A DNA stretch of 13,797 bases, from NCBI GenBank assembly GCA_000004985.1, contig GG738982.1. The stretch is one strand, 5' to 3'. The position numbers and the translations under genes are program-made. The notes below the pieces were generated by a model. That model was not told the origin of the DNA. It did no database searches and saw only the letters and a list, made by a program, of their open reading frames with translations. Positions 1 to 7,681 of the stretch are shown piece by piece. The first letter of the stretch is position 1; each line of letters begins with the position of its first letter. This DNA is from Naegleria gruberi. Taxonomy: Eukaryota.

Positions 1-1
1 A

Positions 2-3000
2 TTAGATATTGTTAGACAAATGGCACATCAATTCATTATTATGATTATTAAATCATTTCCATCCATGTATTGGAGTTCAAATAATTTATCAGCTCTATTA
101 GAAATACAATCTGCTTTATATCAAGGTAATGATAATGGTAAAACTACTTTTATTATTTCTGTTAAAATTAAAAAGAATTTTAATATGAATAATTTGAATA
201 ATATGAATAAGACTAGTCTATCTAGTATTACTAATAATAATAATACTAATAATATGAATAATAATAATATGAATAATAATGAAATGATTGAAGAAGAAGA
301 ATATGAAGAATATTATTTACCTGAAAATTATAGTGATAGATGTAAATTATTTGAATCATTTAATAGATTTACATTATCATGGATTAGTAAATCAATGACA
401 GTTGCACCTAATGTAACACAAACAGCACTTCAACATTATTTAATTAAATTCCAACAATCAGATGTTTCATCATTAAGACATTTTGGTTATACATTTGCTG
501 TTTATTTATCAACACCTATTGAACATTTACAAGCAGTTGGAAGTAATATTTTATTAAAAAGTGATAAGAGAGGTTTTTCAATTCTATCACAAGATCAAGT
601 TTCATTAACTCAATCCATTTCTGTAATGTCTTTTAGTTCTGGTCAAGCTAATTCTTTAAAATTAATGTTAGGTAAACGTTCTGCTGAATCAATGATTATT
701 AATCAATTATCTAATTTAATGAAATTATATAATAATAATAATATGAATAATAATATGAATAATACTACTAATATGAATGGTAATGGTAATAATGTAAATG
801 TTAAATTTTATGAACAATTATCAGATACAATGAAATTAGCAACAGCATTTGTATTAAGTGAAAATACATTAATAATATCATTATTACAATGGATAGTATG
901 GTTACCTGTTTATATATTTACAAAAGAATCAATGGATATTGCTATTTATTGTTGGAATTGGATTGCATCTGTTAAATCTAATGATTTTAATATTCCATTA
1001 TTATCTGAAATTTCAAATGCATGGCAATTTACTATTCAAAAAGGATATGGTTTATTTAGTGGTCATCATGAAAAAGATGAAGCTGTTGAATTAGCTGTTC
1101 AATCTAATAATCAATCAAATACTACTACTAATACTAGTACTAATAATAATAGTAATAGTAATCAAACCAATCAATTCAATCAAACCAATCAAACATTTAA
1201 TAATGTATCAGAATTTAAAATATATTTAAATTCTAATTCTAATAATATAGAAAATAAGAAAGATACCTATCCACATCGTATTTGGATCAATTATTTATCT
1301 GAGAGATATCAAAGTGGTGGATTATTAAATGAAGCCATTGTTGATATTTATTTAAAAATGTTATTAAGATCNNNNNNNNNNNNNNNNNNNNNNNNNNNNN
1401 NNNNNNNNNNNNNNNNNNNNNNNNNNNNNNNNNNNNNNNNNNNNNNNNNNNNNNNNNNNNNNNNNNNNNNNNNNNNNNNNNNNNNNNNNNNNNNNNNNNN
1501 NNNNNNNNNNNNNNNNNNNNNNNNNNNNNNNNNNNNNNNNNNNNNNNNNNNNNNNNNNNNNNNNNNNNNNNNNNNNNNNNNNNNNNNNNNNNNNNNNNNN
1601 NNNNNNNNNNNNNNNNNNNNNNNNNNNNNNNNNNNNNNNNNNNNNNNNNNNNNNNNNNNNNNNNNNNNNNNNNNNNNNNNNNNNNNNNNNNNNNNNNNNN
1701 NNNNNNNNNNNNNNNNNNNNNNNNNNNNNNNNNNNNNNNNNNNNNNNNNNNNNNNNNNNNNNNNNNNNNNNNNNNNNNNNNNNNNNNNNNNNNNNNNNNN
1801 NNNNNNNNNNNNNNNNNNNNNNNNNNNNNNNNNNNNNNNNNNNNNNNNNNNNNNNNNNNNNNNNNNNNNNNNNNNNNNNNNNNNNNNNNNNNNNNNNNNN
1901 NNNNNNNNNNNNNNNNNNNNNNNNNNNNNNNNNNNNNNNNNNNNNNNNNNNNNNNNNNNNNNNNNNNNNNNNNNNNNNNNNNNNNNNNNNNNNNNNNNNN
2001 NNNNNNNNNNNNNNNNNNNNNNNNNNNNNNNNNNNNNNNNNNNNNNNNNNNNNNNNNNNNNNNNNNNNNNNNNNNNNNNNNNNNNNNNNNNNNNNNNNNN
2101 NNNNNNNNNNNNNNNNNNNNNNNNNNNNNNNNNNNNNNNNNNNNNNNNNNNNNNNNNNNNNNNNNNNNNNNNNNNNNNNNNNNNNNNNNNNNNNNNNNNN
2201 NNNNNNNNNNNNNNNNNNNNNNNNNNNNNNNNNNNNNNNNNNNNNNNNNNNNNNNNNNNNNNNNNNNNNNNNNNNNNNNNNNNNNNNNNNNNNNNNNNNN
2301 NNNNNNNNNNNNNNNNNNNNNNNNNNNNNNNNNNNNNNNNNNNNNNNNNNNNNNNNNNNNNNNNNNNNNNNNNNNNNNNNNNNNNNNNNNNNNNNNNNNN
2401 NNNNNNNNNNNNNNNNNNNNNNNNNNNNNNNNNNNNNNNNNNNNNNNNNNNNNNNNNNNNNNNNNNNNNNNNNNNNNNNNNNNNNNNNNNNNNNNNNNNN
2501 NNNNNNNNNNNNNNNNNNNNNNNNNNNNNNNNNNNNNNNNNNNNNNNNNNNNNNNNNNNNNNNNNNNNNNNNNNNNNNNNNNNNNNNNNNNNNNNNNNNN
2601 NNNNNNNNNNNNNNNNNNNNNNNNNNNNNNNNNNNNNNNNNNNNNNNNNNNNNNNNNNNNNNNNNNNNNNNNNNNNNNNNNNNNNNNNNNNNNNNNNNNN
2701 NNNNNNNNNNNNNNNNNNNNNNNNNNNNNNNNNNNNNNNNNNNNNNNNNNNNNNNNNNNNNNNNNNNNNNNNNNNNNNNNNNNNNNNNNNNNNNNNNNNN
2801 NNNNNNNNNNNNNNNNNNNNNNNNNNNNNNNNNNNNNNNNNNNNNNNNNNNNNNNNNNNNNNNNNNNNNNNNNNNNNNNNNNNNNNNNNNNNNNNNNNNN
2901 NNNNNNNNNNNNNNNNNNNNNNNNNNNNNNNNNNNNNNNNNNNNNNNNNNNNNNNNNNNNNNNNNNNNNNNNNNNNNNNNNNNNNNNNNNNNNNNNNNNN

Positions 3001-6000
3001 NNNNNNNNNNNNNNNNNNNNNNNNNNNNNNNNNNNNNNNNNNNNNNNNNNNNNNNNNNNNNNNNNNNNNNNNNNNNNNNNNNNNNNNNNNNNNNNNNNNN
3101 NNNNNNNNNNNNNNNNNNNNNNNNNNNNNNNNNNNNNNNNNNNNNNNNNNNNNNNNNNNNNNNNNNNNNNNNNNNNNNNNNNNNNNNNNNNNNNNNNNNN
3201 NNNNNNNNNNNNNNNNNNNNNNNNNNNNNNNNNNNNNNNNNNNNNNNNNNNNNNNNNNNNNNNNNNNNNNNNNNNNNNNNNNNNNNNNNNNNNNNNNNNN
3301 NNNNNNNNNNNNNNNNNNNNNNNNNNNNNNNNNNNNNNNNNNNNNNNNNNNNNNNNNNNNNNNNNNNNNNNNNNNNNNNNNNNNNNNNNNNNNNNNNNNN
3401 NNNNNNNNNNNNNNNNNNNNNNNNNNNNNNNNNNNNNNNNNNNNNNNNNNNNNNNNNNNNNNNNNNNNNNNNNNNNNNNNNNNNNNNNNNNNNNNNNNNN
3501 NNNNNNNNNNNNNNNNNNNNNNNNNNNNNNNNNNNNNNNNNNNNNNNNNNNNNNNNNNNNNNNNNNNNNNNNNNNNNNNNNNNNNNNNNNNNNNNNNNNN
3601 NNNNNNNNNNNNNNNNNNNNNNNNNNNNNNNNNNNNNNNNNNNNNNNNNNNNNNNNNNNNNNNNNNNNNNNNNNNNNNNNNNNNNNNNNNNNNNNNNNNN
3701 NNNNNNNNNNNNNNNNNNNNNNNNNNNNNNNNNNNNNNNNNNNNNNNNNNNNNNNNNNNNNNNNNNNNNNNNNNNNNNNNNNNNNNNNNNNNNNNNNNNN
3801 NNNNNNNNNNNNNNNNNNNNNNNNNNNNNNNNNNNNNNNNNNNNNNNNNNNNNNNNNNNNNNNNNNNNNNNNNNNNNNNNNNNNNNNNNNNNNNNNNNNN
3901 NNNNNNNNNNNNNNNNNNNNNNNNNNNNNNNNNNNNNNNNNNNNNNNNNNNNNNNNNNNNNNNNNNNNNNNNNNNNNNNNNNNNNNNNNNNNNNNNNNNN
4001 NNNNNNNNNNNNNNNNNNNNNNNNNNNNNNNNNNNNNNNNNNNNNNNNNNNNNNNNNNNNNNNNNNNNNNNNNNNNNNNNNNNNNNNNNNNNNNNNNNNN
4101 NNNNNNNNNNNNNNNNNNNNNNNNNNNNNNNNNNNNNNNNNNNNNNNNNNNNNNNNNNNNNNNNNNNNNNNNNNNNNNNNNNNNNNNNNNNNNNNNNNNN
4201 NNNNNNNNNNNNNNNNNNNNNNNNNNNNNNNNNNNNNNNNNNNNNNNNNNNNNNNNNNNNNNNNNNNNNNNNNNNNNNNNNNNNNNNNNNNNNNNNNNNN
4301 NNNNNNNNNNNNNNNNNNNNNNNNNNNNNNNNNNNNNNNNNNNNNNNNNNNNNNNNNNNNNNNNNNNNNNNNNNNNNNNNNNNNNNNNNNNNNNNNNNNN
4401 NNNNNNNNNNNNNNNNNNNNNNNNNNNNNNNNNNNNNNNNNNNNNNNNNNNNNNNNNNNNNNNNNNNNNNNNNNNNNNNNNNNNNNNNNNNNNNNNNNNN
4501 NNNNNNNNNNNNNNNNNNNNNNNNNNNNNNNNNNNNNNNNNNNNNNNNNNNNNNNNNNNNNNNNNNNNNNNNNNNNNNNNNNNNNNNNNNNNNNNNNNNN
4601 NNNNNNNNNNNNNNNNNNNNNNNNNNNNNNNNNNNNNNNNNNNNNNNNNNNNNNNNNNNNNNNNNNNNNNNNNNNNNNNNNNNNNNNNNNNNNNNNNNNN
4701 NNNNNNNNNNNNNNNNNNNNNNNNNNNNNNNNNNNNNNNNNNNNNNNNNNNNNNNNNNNNNNNNNNNNNNNNNNNNNNNNNNNNNNNNNNNNNNNNNNNN
4801 NNNNNNNNNNNNNNNNNNNNNNNNNNNNNNNNNNNNNNNNNNNNNNNNNNNNNNNNNNNNNNNNNNNNNNNNNNNNNNNNNNNNNNNNNNNNNNNNNNNN
4901 NNNNNNNNNNNNNNNNNNNNNNNNNNNNNNNNNNNNNNNNNNNNNNNNNNNNNNNNNNNNNNNNNNNNNNNNNNNNNNNNNNNNNNNNNNNNNNNNNNNN
5001 NNNNNNNNNNNNNNNNNNNNNNNNNNNNNNNNNNNNNNNNNNNNNNNNNNNNNNNNNNNNNNNNNNNNNNNNNNNNNNNNNNNNNNNNNNNNNNNNNNNN
5101 NNNNNNNNNNNNNNNNNNNNNNNNNNNNNNNNNNNNNNNNNNNNNNNNNNNNNNNNNNNNNNNNNNNNNNNNNNNNNNNNNNNNNNNNNNNNNNNNNNNN
5201 NNNNNNNNNNNNNNNNNNNNNNNNNNNNNNNNNNNNNNNNNNNNNNNNNNNNNNNNNNNNNNNNNNNNNNNNNNNNNNNNNNNNNNNNNNNNNNNNNNNN
5301 NNNNNNNNNNNNNNNNNNNNNNNNNNNNNNNNNNNNNNNNNNNNNNNNNNNNNNNNNNNNNNNNNNNNNNNNNNNNNNNNNNNNNNNNNNNNNNNNNNNN
5401 NNNNNNNNNNNNNNNNNNNNNNNNNNNNNNNNNNNNNNNNNNNNNNNNNNNNNNNNNNNNNNNNNNNNNNNNNNNNNNNNNNNNNNNNNNNNNNNNNNNN
5501 NNNNNNNNNNNNNNNNNNNNNNNNNNNNNNNNNNNNNNNNNNNNNNNNNNNNNNNNNNNNNNNNNNNNNNNNNNNNNNNNNNNNNNNNNNNNNNNNNNNN
5601 NNNNNNNNNNNNNNNNNNNNNNNNNNNNNNNNNNNNNNNNNNNNNNNNNNNNNNNNNNNNNNNNNNNNNNNNNNNNNNNNNNNNNNNNNNNNNNNNNNNN
5701 NNNNNNNNNNNNNNNNNNNNNNNNNNNNNNNNNNNNNNNNNNNNNNNNNNNNNNNNNNNNNNNNNNNNNNNNNNNNNNNNNNNNNNNNNNNNNNNNNNNN
5801 NNNNNNNNNNNNNNNNNNNNNNNNNNNNNNNNNNNNNNNNNNNNNNNNNNNNNNNNNNNNNNNNNNNNNNNNNNNNNNNNNNNNNNNNNNNNNNNNNNNN
5901 NNNNNNNNNNNNNNNNNNNNNNNNNNNNNNNNNNNNNNNNNNNNNNNNNNNNNNNNNNNNNNNNNNNNNNNNNNNNNNNNNNNNNNNNNNNNNNNNNNNN

Positions 6001-6448
6001 NNNNNNNNNNNNNNNNNNNNNNNNNNNNNNNNNNNNNNNNNNNNNNNNNNNNNNNNNNNNNNNNNNNNNNNNNNNNNNNNNNNNNNNNNNNNNNNNNNNN
6101 NNNNNNNNNNNNNNNNNNNNNNNNNNNNNNNNNNNNNNNNNNNNNNNNNNNNNNNNNNNNNNNNNNNNNNNNNNNNNNNNNNNNNNNNNNNNNATATGTT
6201 TTAATTTTGGTGCTACACATATTATTCATCATTTTGTACCAAATCAACCATTTTATATTCGTGAAATTATTTCTAGAAAGGCAAATGCTGAAATGATTAG
6301 ACATGGTATTAGAAATAATGATTGGGGTATTGTTGCTCGTGCTAACCGTTTCTATGAAACATCAAAGACTTTAACTGAAATGGATAAGACTCAAATCATT
6401 CAACCAGATCAATGGCCAATTCTTTTAAAGAAGGAAAAATCTGATTAA
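2..6448 (+). CDS. Phosphatidylinositol 4-kinase III-alpha (PI4KA/Stt4 family) orthologue. Its 5' end lies upstream of the window, and residues about 458-2065 are hidden by the N block 1372..6193. Dictyostelium pikD/DdPIK4 is a possible identity but I cannot confirm it.
   Basis: Frame 2 is open from nt 2 to the block edge at 1371; the first ATG is at 20, and the frame is already open before it. Recalled conserved PI4KA helical-region motifs align in order: [19 protein letters not shown] with human [48 protein letters not shown] with [32 protein letters not shown]...[15 protein letters not shown] with ETALACWEWL...[30 protein letters not shown] with PHYIWIDFLVQRFE. The segment 6194..6448 is in the same frame 2 with strongly dictyostelid-optimal codons (ggt, gct, cgt, cca, tct). 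It aligns to the lipid-kinase C-terminal motif CF.G.T..L..H.F.PN....AN..M......R..R.Y(D/E), as in human [20 protein letters not shown]...NRSRTYD. TAA stop at 6446..6448. Caveat: the window holds about 2140 codons where the human protein has about 1170 for the same region. The masked part must therefore contain large inserts, introns, or a second gene. Confidence 0.75.
   Translation, partial: [2148 protein letters not shown]
230..280 (+). repeat. Imperfect (AAT)n trinucleotide tract encoding [17 protein letters not shown] inside the CDS
   Basis: Direct reading of codons act aat aat aat aat act aat aat atg aat aat aat aat atg aat aat aat. This is the poly-Asn low-complexity coding typical of dictyostelids. 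Confidence 0.8.
731..801 (+). repeat. Asn-rich low-complexity coding tract ([24 protein letters not shown])
   Basis: A run of aat/atg/act/ggt codons in frame 2. It has no counterpart in the aligned region of animal PI4KA. Confidence 0.7.
1100..1203 (+). repeat. Asn/Thr/Gln/Ser low-complexity coding tract. It includes a tandem 15-mer aatcaaaccaatcaa, once at 1160..1174 and once at 1178..1192.
   Basis: Translation [35 protein letters not shown]. The exact 15-nt direct repeat is visible in the sequence. Confidence 0.7.
1372..6193. other. N-masked / undetermined sequence (4822 nt)
   Basis: Uninterrupted run of n. No biological inference is possible from it. Confidence 1.
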
Positions 6449-6470
6449 CTTGATTCATTTGTACAACATC

Positions 6471-6476
6471 AATAAA
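6471..6476 (+). promoter_or_regulatory. Candidate polyadenylation signal AATAAA, 22 nt downstream of the PI4KA-like stop codon
   Basis: Exact AATAAA hexamer in the tcaataaaatat context, immediately 3' of the TAA at 6446..6448. Confidence 0.4.
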
Positions 6477-7450
6477 ATATAATTTTCATATGAACATCAA
6501 ACCGGTTCTTGGAACAGCATGGCAAAGTTTCCTTAATACATTTTTACCCCTGAAGAAACTTGATATTGGTGGTATCAGTTCTAAGCAAAAAGTTAAGGAA
6601 ATTCACAATGTCCATTCTCTTACTACAGATTAACCTTAATGAATTGATTTAATGATATTGTTCTGTAAAGAATGCAGAAATATTCTTCTCATTACCACCA
6701 TTAACAGTACCATTCAATGACATTTATAATTAGTATCTCGTTGTTAAGTCAAAATTTATTTATTATTTCTTTCACCTACGTTGAAGTTGTAAATCATACT
6801 AACGTTCCGATTATGTTTTAAACAGTGTAGTTTAACAAAATCCAACATTTATTATGGAACTTTTTAAAAGTTTGGTGGAAAGAGACCAAATATGATGGTT
6901 CAATTTAATGTTGGTAAATTTGATGGAACATGTAGTAAAGATCCCATGATTTCTACGCCATACTGATAACTTGTAATAACAGAAAACATTCTTCCACTGT
7001 AATCGAATTGTTTCCTGTTAACGTTACCTAAGAGCTGTAACACTAAGAGCATCAGATGTAATGCATGGATGTTGCTGTCTCGTTATTATAGTCATTGGTT
7101 GTAGTCAGAAAACAATAGAGTAAGTGTAAATATCAAATATAACTTACGATTTTCCGAATTATGGTACCTGTGCGATGTAAACACATCATTAGTAATATAC
7201 GTAGCTGTTACGAAATGGAGCTTGCTACTGTGTATTTTATTGAAACCTGAGTTACTCTTTAGAGTTTTCTGACTTGTTCAGACATCTATCAATCTTTATC
7301 TTTCTATGATTCTATATACTGAGTATTAGCTCCTTGGTACACAATTGAATAATGGAAGTATTATGATGCAAAGAGCTTCCTCTTCTTAGCGTAAGTACAT
7401 ACCAGCATGGTAGCAGTGAAAATTATAATCATAAGATCCTACTGTAAATA

Positions 7451-7474
7451 AGAAGTACGTATTACTGTACTTCT
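7451..7474. repeat. Perfect 8-bp-stem hairpin: AGAAGTAC, then loop gtattact, then GTACTTCT
   Basis: The arms 7451..7458 and 7467..7474 are exact reverse complements. Confidence 0.6.
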
Positions 7475-7632
7475 CCTAAATGATTCAAGTTTCATGATAA
7501 ATAGATGGTGTCCCTTGTAATTCTTTACAAGTTGAAATACCTCTCTTTTTGCAAGTTACTGTATTTTGCATTGAAGACAGTTAGTTCCACGACAGTGATG
7601 TATACCATTAAGAGTTCTCTCCACCTTAATAA

Positions 7633-7648
7633 CCAACATTAATGTTGG
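7633..7648. repeat. Perfect 16-bp palindrome CCAACATTAATGTTGG, 34 nt from the edge of the second masked block
   Basis: The sequence is its own reverse complement. The half-site-containing 12-mer ttaatgttggta also occurs at 6905..6916, and ccaacatt occurs at 6842..6849. Confidence 0.6.
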
Positions 7649-7681
7649 TAGAAATCTTCTGCAGCAGGTTTTCAATTTCGA

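Noticed and set aside
1364-6304. Minus-strand 1646-aa ORF from the six-frame track
   Set aside because: It is almost entirely X from translating the N run. Its only real residues are the antisense of the PI4KA-like C-terminal coding segment. It is an artefact.
6194-6448. Interpreting the post-gap coding segment as the C-terminus of a separate, unidentified highly expressed gene
   Set aside because: I considered this seriously. However, it lies in the same frame as the upstream kinase ORF and matches the PI3/4-kinase C-terminal motif (CF.G.T..L..H.F.PN). The single-gene reading is therefore more parsimonious. It is kept as a caveat in the findings.
6892-6966. A 24-codon ORF (MMVQFNVGKFDGTCSKDPMISTPY) with dictyostelid-like codons inside the spacer
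   Set aside because: It is too short to support. It has no recognisable motif, and many similar short ORFs are expected by chance.
6600-7160. A tRNA gene or Class I ncRNA in the GC-elevated spacer
   Set aside because: B-box-like fragments (ggttcaatt at 6897, and aattcgatta on the minus strand near 7003) have no correctly spaced A-box. cttactacaga near 6619 does not match the Class I CCTTACAGCAA motif. No DUSE-like CCCA(C/T)AA was found upstream.
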